Positions 1 to 10,690 of a stretch of 64,000 bases of DNA are shown piece after piece. The DNA lies in NCBI GenBank assembly GCA_902604005.1, contig CACKXH010000002.1:5183-69182 (forward strand), in the 5' to 3' direction. Position 1 is the first letter of the stretch; each line of letters starts with the position of its first letter. This DNA comes from an uncultured Pelagibacteraceae bacterium (GTDB taxonomy: Bacteria; Pseudomonadota; Alphaproteobacteria; Pelagibacterales; Pelagibacteraceae). Under the pieces are notes generated by a model. That model did no database searches. It was not told the origin of the DNA and worked only from the letters and a program-made list of their open reading frames with translations. The translations under genes were made by a program, and so were the position numbers.

Positions 1-858
1 CAAAGAATTGGTGATTTTGCTTGGGCAGGAGCAGATAGTCAGTCTAGAGGATTTTTAATTGGTGCTACAGCTGGAAGAACTACTCTCGCAGGAGAAGGCT
101 TGCAACACCAAGATGGTCATAGTCATCTTATGGCATCAACAATCCCAAACTGTATATCTTATGATCCAACTTTTCATTATGAGCTAGCAGTAATTTTTAG
201 AGATGGATTGAGAAGAATGCATGAGAAAAAAGAGAATATTTTTTACTACATTACCACAATGAATGAAAATTATCCTCACCCAGCTATACCCAAAGATAAA
301 TATTGTGAAGAGGGAATTTTAAAAGGAATGTATAAAATAAAAGAATTTAATAAATATAAAAAAACTAAAATCCAATTCTTAGGTTCTGGCACAATTTTAA
401 GGGAAATGATAGCTGGTGCTGAAATACTACAGAAAGAATTTCAAATAGATAGTGAAGTTTGGAGCGTAACAAGTTTTAATGAGTTAAGAAGAGATGGTTT
501 AGAGGTAGAAAGATATAATCTTTTAAATCCAGATAAAGAACCGAAAAAGTCTTATGTAGAAAAATGTTTGGGTAAAACGGAAGGACCTATTTTGTCTGCA
601 TCTGATTATATGAGAATGAATTCAGATCAAATTAGACCATACATAAATAAAAGTTTTTATTCATTAGGTACAGATGGATTTGGACGAAGTGATACTAGAA
701 AAAATTTAAGAAATTTTTTCGAGGTTGATAAGGAACATGTAGTGACTTATGGACTAAGTGTACTAGCTAAAGAACAATTAATAGCATCTAAATATGCTAA
801 AGAGGCTATCAAAAAATACAATATTGATTCAAATAAACCAATGCCAACCAAGTTATAA
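1..858 (+). CDS. aceE: Pyruvate dehydrogenase E1 (homodimeric AceE type), 5'-truncated by window edge
   Basis: Frame is open from base 1 (QRIGDFAWAGADSQSRGFLIGATAGRTTLAGEGLQHQDGHS); SYDPTF and LGTDGFGRSDTR motifs; the track start at 100 is internal. Confidence 0.97.
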   Translation, partial: QRIGDFAWAGADSQSRGFLIGATAGRTTLAGEGLQHQDGHSHLMASTIPNCISYDPTFHYELAVIFRDGLRRMHEKKENIFYYITTMNENYPHPAIPKDKYCEEGILKGMYKIKEFNKYKKTKIQFLGSGTILREMIAGAEILQKEFQIDSEVWSVTSFNELRRDGLEVERYNLLNPDKEPKKSYVEKCLGKTEGPILSASDYMRMNSDQIRPYINKSFYSLGTDGFGRSDTRKNLRNFFEVDKEHVVTYGLSVLAKEQLIASKYAKEAIKKYNIDSNKPMPTKL

Positions 859-2117
859 TGTCAGAAACTGAAATAAAAGTACCTAATATTGGAGATTTTA
901 AAGATGTTGATGTGATAGAAGTTTTGGTTTCAGAGGGTCAAACACTAAAAAAAAATGACCCTTTAATTACAATAGAGAGTGATAAATCAAGTGTTGAAAT
1001 ACCATCGAATTTTGATGGTAAAATCAAGACTTTAAAAATAAAAGTTGGAGATAAAGTTTCAGAAGGTGATTTAATATTAGTTCTAGAAACTATAACTCAA
1101 GCACAAAAAAAGGTTAAAGAAAATCCAGTAATTGAAAAAAAGTTTGAAAAAATTCATGAAATAAAATCTGAAACTCAACAAACTTCAACCAATCAAAATA
1201 AAGTCAAAAATATATCATCGGCAAGTCCTAAAGTTCGAAAATTTGCTAGAGAACTTGGAGTAGATATTAATCAAGTTATTGGTAGTGAACGAAAAGGTAG
1301 AGTTATTGAAAGTGATGTAAAATTATTTGTAGCAACGAAATCAAATAATTTAGTAAACAATCAAAACAAAAATAATGAAAAGATAAAACAAGAATATTCT
1401 CATGCAGAATTTGGAGAAGTAGAAATAAAAGATATGCCTAGAGTTAAAAAACTATCATCCAAATATTTAATGAATTCTTGGACCAATATTCCTCATGTAA
1501 CAAATCATGATGAAGCAGATATTACTGAGCTAGAGGAATTTAGAATATCTTTAACTGATATATATACTGGAGAAAAAAAAAAAATTACTCCTTTAGCTTT
1601 TATTGTTAAAGCTTTGACTGCGTCATTAAAAAAATTTCCCAACTTTAATAGCTCTATTGATGAAATAGAAGATGGAAAAATGACCATTAAAAAATATTAT
1701 CACATTGGAATAGCTGTAGACACACCACACGGTTTAATGGTTCCAAAACTTAGGAATGCAGATAATAAAAATATAAATCTTATAAGTTCTGAACTTAAAA
1801 AGTTAAGTGACCAATGTAAAAATCTTAAGATTGATAAAAAAGAATTGTTTGGTGGGTCTATGACAATAACGAGTTTAGGCGGCATCGGAGGATCATTCTT
1901 TACACCAATTATAAATTATCCTGAAGTTGCAATTTTAGGAGTAGGTAGATCAGAAAAAAAACAAGTTCATATCGACGGTAAGTTTGTTACACGAATAGTT
2001 CTGCCACTGTCTTTATCATATGATCATAGGATAATAGATGGCGCAGAGGCTGCTCGTTTTAATAACGATTTAAAAGAAAATTTAGGTAAAAACTTTGCCT
2101 ATAAATTAGCCGTCTAA
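858..2117 (+). CDS. aceF: Dihydrolipoamide acetyltransferase E2 with one lipoyl domain
   Basis: Lipoyl motif ESDKSS, E3-binding ASPKVRKFARELGVD, catalytic DHRIIDG; TAATG overlap with aceE. Confidence 0.96.
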   Translation: MSETEIKVPNIGDFKDVDVIEVLVSEGQTLKKNDPLITIESDKSSVEIPSNFDGKIKTLKIKVGDKVSEGDLILVLETITQAQKKVKENPVIEKKFEKIHEIKSETQQTSTNQNKVKNISSASPKVRKFARELGVDINQVIGSERKGRVIESDVKLFVATKSNNLVNNQNKNNEKIKQEYSHAEFGEVEIKDMPRVKKLSSKYLMNSWTNIPHVTNHDEADITELEEFRISLTDIYTGEKKKITPLAFIVKALTASLKKFPNFNSSIDEIEDGKMTIKKYYHIGIAVDTPHGLMVPKLRNADNKNINLISSELKKLSDQCKNLKIDKKELFGGSMTITSLGGIGGSFFTPIINYPEVAILGVGRSEKKQVHIDGKFVTRIVLPLSLSYDHRIIDGAEAARFNNDLKENLGKNFAYKLAV

Positions 2118-2125
2118 ATAAATTT

Positions 2126-3016
2126 ATGACAAAAACAGTTTCTCTACTTAGCGCACTATTGTGCACCTTTATTTGGGGAACAACTTTTATTGCTCAAGAT
2201 ACTGGCATGGATGATATTGGTCCTTTTACCTTTAATGCAGTAAGGTTTTTTGTTGGCTTTATTGCAATACTCCCTTTAGTCTTTTTATTTGAAAAAAAAA
2301 AATTTAAATCTGAATTTAAAATAGACACCAAAACATTTGTTATTCTTTCTATCCTTATTGGAATATCACTTTTTTTAGGCTCTGCATTGCAACAAGTAGC
2401 ATTACTTTACACAGATGTTGCAAATGCTGCATTCTTCACAATTTTTTATGTTCCTATGGTGCCAATTATAGTTTTTTTATTCAAAAAAAAAACAATTCAT
2501 TGGAGTGTGTGGCCATCGGTTGTTTTATGCTTAATTGGAGGTTACTTATTAACAAATTTTTACGATGCAACAGTAAGACTTGGAGACGCATTAGTATTAT
2601 TAGGTGCTTTATTTTGGAGCACACATATTATTTTTACGGGAATGATTGTTACAAAATATAATCTTCCTTTAACAATAGGTGCAATTCAAACATTAATTGT
2701 AGCAATAATTTCCTTCATGATTAGTTCTATCTATGAAGAATTTATTTTTAATAATATTTTAAAAGAAATTGACTCTATTTTATATGCTGGAATTTTATCT
2801 GGTGGTTTTGCGTTTGTCTTACAAATTTACGCTCAAAGAAGTATTGCGCCTGCACCGGCAGCAATTATTTTTTCATTAGAAGGAGTTTTCGCTACTGTAG
2901 CAGCGTGGTTTTTACTAAATCAAATATTAGATATTAATAATATATTAGGATGTTTCTTTATCTTATGTGGAGTTTTACTGTCACAACTTTTACCTTTAAT
3001 GAAAAAAACTGTTTAG
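2126..3016 (+). CDS. DMT/EamA family transporter
   Basis: About 10 hydrophobic segments; IWGTTFIAQ...GPFTFNAVRF and second-repeat FSLEGVFA motifs. Confidence 0.9.
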   Translation: MTKTVSLLSALLCTFIWGTTFIAQDTGMDDIGPFTFNAVRFFVGFIAILPLVFLFEKKKFKSEFKIDTKTFVILSILIGISLFLGSALQQVALLYTDVANAAFFTIFYVPMVPIIVFLFKKKTIHWSVWPSVVLCLIGGYLLTNFYDATVRLGDALVLLGALFWSTHIIFTGMIVTKYNLPLTIGAIQTLIVAIISFMISSIYEEFIFNNILKEIDSILYAGILSGGFAFVLQIYAQRSIAPAPAAIIFSLEGVFATVAAWFLLNQILDINNILGCFFILCGVLLSQLLPLMKKTV

Positions 3017-3780
3017 AAATATATTATCGAAAGCAATATAAAGGCAATAAAAATTCTATAAATTATAAAAATATTTAAAGAGAATTTATTAATATAACTA
3101 ATAAAAAATTTAACTGTAATATAAGAAAATAAAAAAGATAAGATTACTGAAATTATAATGAGGTAATTTATTTCTATTGATTGATTAAATGCATCTTTAA
3201 GCCCAAGAAAACTTGCTCCTGATAGAGCTGGGATTGATAACAAAAATGAAATCTTACTTGAGTCAACTCTGTTAAATTCTAAAAACCTTGCTGCTGTCAA
3301 AGTAATACCAGCCCTGCTTACTCCAGGTATCAACGCAAGTATTTGGAATAAACCAATAAATATTATAGATTTTATATTTAAGTTAGCAGATATATTTTTA
3401 TTAAATTTTTGCTGATCAGCAAAAAACAGAATTATTCCAAAAAATAATGTTGTCCATGCTATAACTTTTATATTTCTAAGAAGATAAATAAGTTCAGTTG
3501 AATGTAGTATATATCCAAAAATAATAAGTGGTATTGAGCCAATTATAATTAATTGTAAAAGTTTATTGTTGTTTTTTAAATCAAATAGATCTTTTCTAAA
3601 ATAAAAAATAATTGCAAATAAAGAACCTAAGTGAAGGCTAATATCAATTAATAAGGATCCTGTTTTCAAATCATATAAATTAGAAACAAGAATTAAATGT
3701 GCAGAGGAACTTATTGGTAAAAATTCAGATATTCCTTGGATAGCTGAGAGAATTAGAATTTCTATAAATTCTTGAAACAT
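3013..3780 (-). CDS. uppP: Undecaprenyl-diphosphate phosphatase (UppP/BacA)
   Basis: QGISEFLPISSSAH and ALIPGVSRAG signatures. Confidence 0.96.
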   Translation of the reverse strand: MFQEFIEILILSAIQGISEFLPISSSAHLILVSNLYDLKTGSLLIDISLHLGSLFAIIFYFRKDLFDLKNNNKLLQLIIIGSIPLIIFGYILHSTELIYLLRNIKVIAWTTLFFGIILFFADQQKFNKNISANLNIKSIIFIGLFQILALIPGVSRAGITLTAARFLEFNRVDSSKISFLLSIPALSGASFLGLKDAFNQSIEINYLIIISVILSFLFSYITVKFFISYINKFSLNIFIIYRIFIAFILLSIIYF

Positions 3781-3886
3781 ATAAGTGTCGTAACTTAAAT
3801 AATGTAGATTTTAAACAATTCGATTTAGTCATAATAGGTATGCAACAATTAAAATGTATAGGTAAATAGCTAATTATTGACAAAAT

Positions 3887-3908
3887 TAGGTCATATATAT
3901 TGACCCAA
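3887..3908. promoter_or_regulatory. Candidate operator, GGTCA-N7-TGACC inverted repeat in the divergent uppP/gltD spacer
   Basis: GGTCA (3889-3893) TATATAT TGACC (3901-3905), next to TTGACA at 3877-3882. Confidence 0.4.
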
Positions 3909-3964
3909 ATAATTCTTTTACAAGTAAAAACAATGTATATTTTGCCTTAAATTAATAAATAAAA

Positions 3965-5404
3965 ATGACTGATAAAATGCTCAAATTTGTTGAAATAGGT
4001 CAACAGACTCCACCTAAAAGAGATGTAGACAATAGAAAAAAAGATTTCAAGGAGATTTATGATGAGTTTATCAATCAAAAAGCACAAGAGCAGTCGAGTA
4101 GATGTTCTCAATGTGGGGTACCTTTCTGTCAGGTTCATTGTCCTTTAAGTAATAATATACCTGACTGGTTAAAATTAACAGCTGAAGGAAGATTGAGAGA
4201 GGCATATGAGTTGTCACAAAGCACCAACAATATGCCAGAAGTATGTGGAAGAATATGTCCCCAAGATAGATTATGTGAAGGTAACTGCGTTATAGAACAA
4301 TCGGGCCATGGAACAGTTACCATAGGCTCTATGGAAAAATACATAACAGATAATGCTTGGGAAAAAGGCTGGGTTAAACCAATTCAGGTGAAATATGAAA
4401 AAGAACAAAGCATTGGAATAATTGGAGCTGGGCCTGCAGGTTTAGCTGCCGCTGAGGAATTAAGAAAAAATGGTTATAAAATTACCGTATACGATCGATA
4501 TGATAGAGCAGGTGGATTACTAATATATGGAATTCCTAATTTTAAATTAGAAAAACATGTAGTTGAAAGAAGAACAAAACTTTTGAAAGAAGGTGGAATA
4601 GAATTTATCCAAAATTTTGAAATAGGTAAAGATGCTACATTAGATCAATTAAGAAAAAAACATGATGTAATTTTAATTGCTACAGGGGTGTATAAACCAC
4701 GAGAAATTGAATTACCTGGTAATGATTTAGAAAATATTTTTCCTGCGATGGAATTTTTAACAGCTTCAAACAGAAAAGGCTTGGGTGACAAAGTAGAATT
4801 ATTTGACAAAGGAACATTAAATGCTGAAGGTAAAAATGTTGTAGTTGTAGGCGGTGGAGATACTGCCATGGATTGTGTAAGAACATCAATTAGACAAAAA
4901 GCTAAATCAGTTAAATGTTTATACAGAAGAGATAAAGAAAATATGCCTGGATCAGCTAGAGAAGTTGCTAATGCAGAGGAAGAAGGAGTTGAATTTGTAT
5001 GGCTATCAAGCCCCAAAGAATTTAAAGGAAAAAATAAAGTTGAAAACTTAATAATTGATAAAATTGAGTTAGGTGATCCTGATGACTCAGGCAGAAGAAG
5101 ACCATTAATTAAAGAGGGATCAGAATTTGAAATTAAAGCAGACATGGTAATTAAAGCTCTTGGCTTTGACCCTGAAAACTTACCTTTATTATTTGACGCT
5201 CAAGAACTTCAGGTTACAAGGTGGGGTACAATAAAGGTAAACTTTGACACAATGGAAACCAATTTAAAAGGTGTTTTTGCTGCTGGAGATATTGTGAGAG
5301 GAGCTTCATTAGTTGTATGGGCTATCAAAGATGGTAGAGATGCAGCTTCTTCAATAAAAAATTATCTTGAAAATATAGAATCAAAAAAAAATAAAGTAGC
5401 ATAA
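3965..5404 (+). CDS. gltD: Glutamate synthase small subunit
   Basis: CSQCGVPFCQVHCP and CGRICPQDRLCEGNC Fe-S motifs; GAGPAG and GGGDTAMD. Confidence 0.97.
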   Translation: MTDKMLKFVEIGQQTPPKRDVDNRKKDFKEIYDEFINQKAQEQSSRCSQCGVPFCQVHCPLSNNIPDWLKLTAEGRLREAYELSQSTNNMPEVCGRICPQDRLCEGNCVIEQSGHGTVTIGSMEKYITDNAWEKGWVKPIQVKYEKEQSIGIIGAGPAGLAAAEELRKNGYKITVYDRYDRAGGLLIYGIPNFKLEKHVVERRTKLLKEGGIEFIQNFEIGKDATLDQLRKKHDVILIATGVYKPREIELPGNDLENIFPAMEFLTASNRKGLGDKVELFDKGTLNAEGKNVVVVGGGDTAMDCVRTSIRQKAKSVKCLYRRDKENMPGSAREVANAEEEGVEFVWLSSPKEFKGKNKVENLIIDKIELGDPDDSGRRRPLIKEGSEFEIKADMVIKALGFDPENLPLLFDAQELQVTRWGTIKVNFDTMETNLKGVFAAGDIVRGASLVVWAIKDGRDAASSIKNYLENIESKKNKVA

Positions 5405-8400
5405 TGCAAAATTATAAAAAAAATTTAGATTTACTCTCCAGAAATCATGTTTACTCAAAAGAAATGGAACATGATGCATGTGGTGTGGGATTAATTGCAT
5501 CCACAGAAGGAAAAAAATCGAGATCAGTTGTAGAATATGGAATAGAAGCTTTGAAAGCTGTATGGCATCGTGGGGCAGTCGATGCAGATGGTAAAACAGG
5601 AGATGGTGCAGGAATACATCTAGAAATACCAAAAGATTTTTTTATAGAAAAGATAGAGGTAACCGGACACGATTATGATAATTCAGAGATTTGTGTTGGT
5701 ATGATTTTTTTACCAAAAAATGACTATTCTTCCCAAGAAATTTGTAAAACAATTGTTGAAAGTGAGTTAACTAAAAACAATTTTAGTATTTATGGCTGGA
5801 GACAGGTTCCAGTTAATCCAAAAGTTTTGGGTCAAAAAGCCCTTCAAACTATGCCAGAAATCATACAAGTTTTATTTAAATCAAATGACCAAGATTTGCT
5901 TAATAAAGAATTAGAGAGAAGAATTTATGAAACAAGAAAGAAAATAGAAAACAAAGCTTTCAATTTATCTTTAAATAATTTTTATATTTGTTCTATTAGC
6001 TCAAAGTCAATCATTTATAAGGGTATGTTTTTAGCTGAAGCAATATCTGACTTCTTCTTAGATTTGAAAGATGAAAGATTTATATCTAGATATGCTATTT
6101 TTCATCAAAGATTTTCAACTAATACTGCTCCGAGCTGGAGTTTGGCTCAGCCGTTCAGGGCAGTTGCTCATAATGGAGAAATAAACACTTATAAAGGAAA
6201 TAAAAATTGGATGAAGGTTCATGAACAAGAAATGAGTAGTCCACTTTTTGAAAATGTAGATAATTTAAAACCAGTAATTCAAAAAGGTGTATCTGACTCA
6301 GCAGCATTGGATAATGTTTTTGAATTATTGAATAAATCGGGTCAATCTGCTCCTTTAGCAAAACTAATGTTAATTCCAGACGCTTGGTCAAAAAAAAATA
6401 AAACTCTTCCAAAAAGTCATCAGCAATTATTCAACTTTTTAAATAGTACTATGGAGCCATGGGATGGACCAGCTGCAATAGCTGCCACTGATAATGAATG
6501 GGTTATAGCTGCAAATGATAGAAATGGGCTGAGACCTCTTAGATATGCTATAACAAAAGACAAATTTCTTTTTGCTGGCTCTGAAACTGGAATGATAGAA
6601 TTAAATGAAAAGAAGATTTTATCTAAAGGAAGATTAGGACCTGGTGAAATTATAGGCGTAAGAATAGAGAAAGGAAAAGTTTTTTCAAATGATCAAATTA
6701 AAGATTATTTAGCAAAAGAATTTAAACACTTTAATTCTCAAATAATTGATCTTGATGAAAAATTATCTATTTCAAATGAGAAATGTAACTTTGAGGGAGA
6801 AGAACTTAGAAGAAGACAACATACTTTTGGATTTAGTCTAGAAGACTTAGAATTGATATTACATCCTATGGCGGAAGATGCAAAAGAAGCAATAGGGTCC
6901 ATGGGTGACGATACACCTTTGGCAGTTCTTTCTGATAAATATAGACCTCTTTATCATTTTTTCAGACAAAATTTTAGCCAAGTAACAAATCCTCCAATTG
7001 ACTCTCTACGAGAAAATAAAGTTATGAGTTTAAAAACTAGATTTGGAAATTTAGGGAATATCTTAGATTTTGATACTTTGACCAAGGAGAATATTTATGT
7101 TTTGAATAGTCCTATATTATCAAATTCTCAATTTAATAAATTTATAAATTTTTTTGGTAAAAATTCTCAAGTTATAGACTGTACTTTTTCACTTGATGAA
7201 AATTTGAAGGCGTCAATTGAAAGAATACAGAAAGAGTCTGAAATTGCAGTAAGACAAGGTGTTACGCAATTAATTTTAACAGACAAAGATCTTTCATTTA
7301 AAAAACTTCCAATACCGATGTTGTTATGTGTTGGAGCGATAAATACATTTTTAATAGAAAAAAAATTAAGAGGATATGTCTCTATCAATGTTCAGTCAGG
7401 AGAAGCTTTAGATACGCATTCATTTGCTACATTGATAGGAGTTGGTGCAACAACTGTTAACCCATACTTAGCTTTTGATAGCTTATATCAACGACATGAA
7501 AAAAAGTTATTTGGTCAATATAGTTTTGATGATTGTATTCAAAGATACATAAAATCTGTAAATGCTGGTTTATTGAAAATAATGTCTAAAATGGGTATAT
7601 CAGTTTTAAGTTCTTATAGAGGAGGGTGTAATTTTGAAACTGTAGGATTGAGCAGAACTATTGTAGATGATTATTTCCCTGGCATAACTTCAAAAATTTC
7701 TGGAATAGGATTAACTGGTATAGAAAAAAAAATACGACAAATTCATAAAGAAGCATTCGAAAGTACAGATACAGTTCTGCCAATAGGAGGAATTTATAGA
7801 TATAGAAAAAATGGTGAAACACATCAATATCAAGGTAGATTAATTCATTTATTGCAAAGTGCAGTGGGTTCGAATTCCTATCCAGCATATAAAAGATATG
7901 TTGAGGGTATCTACGATTTACCTCCAATTAATTTAAGAGATTTAATAAATTTTAGAAAAAAGAAACTTGGTCCGTCTATACCAATATCAGAAGTTGAGCC
8001 CGTAGAAAAAATTCTAAAAAGATTCGGTAGTGGAAGTATGTCTCATGGAGCTCTTTCAAAAGAGGCACATGAAACATTGGCAATTGGGATGAATAGAATT
8101 AAAGGGGCATCATGTAGTGGAGAAGGTGGAGAAGATGAAAACAGATTTAAAGTTATGGATAGTGGAGATAGTGCAAATTCTAGAGTTAAACAAATAGCAT
8201 CAGCGAGGTTTGGTGTAACAGTAAAATATTTAAATAATTGTAATGAAATAGAGATTAAAATTGCTCAAGGAGCAAAACCAGGTGAAGGTGGGCAATTGCC
8301 AGGTTTTAAAGTGACTGATGAAATTGCAAAACTTAGACATTCAACTCCAGGAGTAACATTAATCTCTCCTCCACCACACCATGATATATATTCAATAGAA

Positions 8401-9909
8401 GATTTGGCTCAGCTAATTTATGATTTAAAACAAATAAATCCAAAAGCTAGAATTGGTGTTAAATTGGTTGCCTCCTCTGGTGTTGGTACTATCGCAGCAG
8501 GAGTAGCTAAAGCAAAAGCAGATATCATTTTAATTTCAGGCCATAATGGAGGAACAGGCGCAACTCCACAAACAAGTGTAAAATATGTTGGAATACCTTG
8601 GGAGATGGGCCTTACTGAAGCTAATCAAGTTCTGACATTGAATAATTTAAGGCATAAAGTTACTTTAAGAACTGATGGTGGTATTAAAACTGGTAAAGAC
8701 GTTGTCATTGCAGCGATGATGGGTGCGGAAGAATACGGAGTAGCAACAACAGCTTTAGTTGCCATGGGGTGTATAATGGTAAGACAATGCCATTCTAATA
8801 CTTGTCCAGTAGGTGTTTGTACTCAAGATACAAAATTGAGAGAAAGATTTACTGGTACGCCAGACAAAGTTGTAAACCTATTTACCTTTATTGCCTCAGA
8901 GGTGAGAGAAATTCTTGCTAAATTAGGCTTTAAATCTTTAAATGATATAATTGGAAGAACTGACTTACTGATGCAAGTAAATAAAGGCTCCCCTAATCTA
9001 GATGATTTAGATTTAAATCCATTATTTGTTCAAGCTGACCCTGGAAATAATAAAAGATATTGTGAGGCTCAAGAAATAAACAAGGTACCTGATACATTAG
9101 ACCAGGAGATTTGGCCTGAAATTGAAAAATCTTTAGATGATTCAAAAAAAATTGATAAAGAATTTATAATTAAAAATACTAACAGAGCTGTTGGTACCAG
9201 AATTTCACATTATCTGTATAAAAAATACGATTATGAAAAATTAGATGAAAAATTTCTAACTTTAAATTTTAAGGGTTCAGCAGGACAATCTTTTGGAGCC
9301 TTTTCATCAAAAGGCTTAAAACTTAACCTCAAAGGTGATGCAAATGATTATGTTGGGAAAGGATTGTCTGGTGCTACAATCTCAATAAAACTTTTAGATG
9401 AAAGTAATTTAGTTTCAAATCAAAATACTATTATTGGAAACACAGTTCTTTATGGAGCAACATCGGGTAAACTTTTTGCTGCTGGCCAAGCTGGAGATAG
9501 ATTTGCTGTAAGAAATTCAGGTGCTACAACAGTAATTGAAGGATGTGACTCTAATGGATGTGAATATATGACTGGTGGCACAGCTGTTATTTTAGGAGAT
9601 GTAGGAGATAATTTTGCTGCAGGGATGACTGGAGGTATGGCATTTATTTATGATAAATCGAAAGAATTTGAAAAAAAGGTTAATCCAGAGTCAGTAATTT
9701 GGCAAAACATTGAAACAGAGTATTGGAAAAATTTTCTAAAAAATTTAATTATAGAACATTCTGAAGAGACGAACTCTTTGATATCTAAAAATATAATTGA
9801 AAATTTTGAAGATGAAATAAAAAATTTTATTCAAGTTTGTCCAAAAGAAATGATAGAAAAAATTGAAAATCCAATTACGTTAAAAGCTAAAATAGAACAA
9901 GTTAGTTAA
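5404..9909 (+). CDS. gltB: Glutamate synthase large subunit
   Basis: EHDACGVG Ntn-Cys, HQRFSTNT, AQGAKPGEGGQL, CIMVRQCHSNTCPVG; 1501 aa. Confidence 0.98.
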   Translation: MQNYKKNLDLLSRNHVYSKEMEHDACGVGLIASTEGKKSRSVVEYGIEALKAVWHRGAVDADGKTGDGAGIHLEIPKDFFIEKIEVTGHDYDNSEICVGMIFLPKNDYSSQEICKTIVESELTKNNFSIYGWRQVPVNPKVLGQKALQTMPEIIQVLFKSNDQDLLNKELERRIYETRKKIENKAFNLSLNNFYICSISSKSIIYKGMFLAEAISDFFLDLKDERFISRYAIFHQRFSTNTAPSWSLAQPFRAVAHNGEINTYKGNKNWMKVHEQEMSSPLFENVDNLKPVIQKGVSDSAALDNVFELLNKSGQSAPLAKLMLIPDAWSKKNKTLPKSHQQLFNFLNSTMEPWDGPAAIAATDNEWVIAANDRNGLRPLRYAITKDKFLFAGSETGMIELNEKKILSKGRLGPGEIIGVRIEKGKVFSNDQIKDYLAKEFKHFNSQIIDLDEKLSISNEKCNFEGEELRRRQHTFGFSLEDLELILHPMAEDAKEAIGSMGDDTPLAVLSDKYRPLYHFFRQNFSQVTNPPIDSLRENKVMSLKTRFGNLGNILDFDTLTKENIYVLNSPILSNSQFNKFINFFGKNSQVIDCTFSLDENLKASIERIQKESEIAVRQGVTQLILTDKDLSFKKLPIPMLLCVGAINTFLIEKKLRGYVSINVQSGEALDTHSFATLIGVGATTVNPYLAFDSLYQRHEKKLFGQYSFDDCIQRYIKSVNAGLLKIMSKMGISVLSSYRGGCNFETVGLSRTIVDDYFPGITSKISGIGLTGIEKKIRQIHKEAFESTDTVLPIGGIYRYRKNGETHQYQGRLIHLLQSAVGSNSYPAYKRYVEGIYDLPPINLRDLINFRKKKLGPSIPISEVEPVEKILKRFGSGSMSHGALSKEAHETLAIGMNRIKGASCSGEGGEDENRFKVMDSGDSANSRVKQIASARFGVTVKYLNNCNEIEIKIAQGAKPGEGGQLPGFKVTDEIAKLRHSTPGVTLISPPPHHDIYSIEDLAQLIYDLKQINPKARIGVKLVASSGVGTIAAGVAKAKADIILISGHNGGTGATPQTSVKYVGIPWEMGLTEANQVLTLNNLRHKVTLRTDGGIKTGKDVVIAAMMGAEEYGVATTALVAMGCIMVRQCHSNTCPVGVCTQDTKLRERFTGTPDKVVNLFTFIASEVREILAKLGFKSLNDIIGRTDLLMQVNKGSPNLDDLDLNPLFVQADPGNNKRYCEAQEINKVPDTLDQEIWPEIEKSLDDSKKIDKEFIIKNTNRAVGTRISHYLYKKYDYEKLDEKFLTLNFKGSAGQSFGAFSSKGLKLNLKGDANDYVGKGLSGATISIKLLDESNLVSNQNTIIGNTVLYGATSGKLFAAGQAGDRFAVRNSGATTVIEGCDSNGCEYMTGGTAVILGDVGDNFAAGMTGGMAFIYDKSKEFEKKVNPESVIWQNIETEYWKNFLKNLIIEHSEETNSLISKNIIENFEDEIKNFIQVCPKEMIEKIENPITLKAKIEQVS

Positions 9910-10648
9910 AAATTAATTTCAACTCTTTTTTTAATAAACTTAAATATTTAGGTGAAGACAAACTATGATCACCATTATTAACGATTACTAATTTTTTTTT
10001 TGCATTTTTAAAAATTTTTAAAATTTTTTTTGAGTAAGAGACTGGAACGACTTCATCCTTCTTACCATGAACCATTATAACGGTTATTTTTGATTTTATT
10101 TTAGAATTTAAAATCTTATTTTTTCGCCCGTCTTTTATTAATTGGTAGGTTATTGGATATTCATAATTACCATGTTTTACATAGGAAATACCATTCTTGA
10201 TGATTTCTAATCTTATTTTTTTTGAAAATTTTTTCCACATTAAATTTTCCAAAAATTCCGGAGCTGAACCTATGCCTAAAAAACCTTTAATTTGTTTTTC
10301 AAAAAACTTAAATTGATTTAAAGAAATCCATGCACCCATACTTGAACCAACTAAAATAATCTTATTTTTTTTAACTATCTTTTTTATTAACAAACTTGTT
10401 TCTTTTGACCATTTAGAAATATTACCTTTAGTAAATTTACCAGATGATTTGCCATGACCAGAATATTCAAGTGCAAGAAAGCCAATTTTATTTTTTTTGG
10501 CAAAATTTAAAAACATTTTTGGTTTTTTTCCTTCTAAATCAGACATAAATCCATGCAAAAAAACAATGTAAGGGCTATTTTTTTGGATATGCTTTAAATA
10601 TCTAATCTTTTTTGTTTTAGTTAGTTTTAAGTAATTGTAATTAGTCAT
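9902..10648 (-). CDS. Alpha/beta hydrolase
   Basis: HGFMSD oxyanion region, GSSMG nucleophile elbow, HGKKDEVVP, GDHSLS. Confidence 0.9.
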   Translation of the reverse strand: MTNYNYLKLTKTKKIRYLKHIQKNSPYIVFLHGFMSDLEGKKPKMFLNFAKKNKIGFLALEYSGHGKSSGKFTKGNISKWSKETSLLIKKIVKKNKIILVGSSMGAWISLNQFKFFEKQIKGFLGIGSAPEFLENLMWKKFSKKIRLEIIKNGISYVKHGNYEYPITYQLIKDGRKNKILNSKIKSKITVIMVHGKKDEVVPVSYSKKILKIFKNAKKKLVIVNNGDHSLSSPKYLSLLKKELKLIFN

Positions 10649-10690
10649 TAAAGTTTATTAGTTTTGTCTATTATTATATAATCTTATCTA

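Noticed and set aside
4645-5145. Long antisense ORFs (this one, 42695-43159 and many 60-100 aa ORFs inside core genes)
   Set aside because: They lie wholly within well-identified genes, lack motifs, and are expected codon-bias shadows
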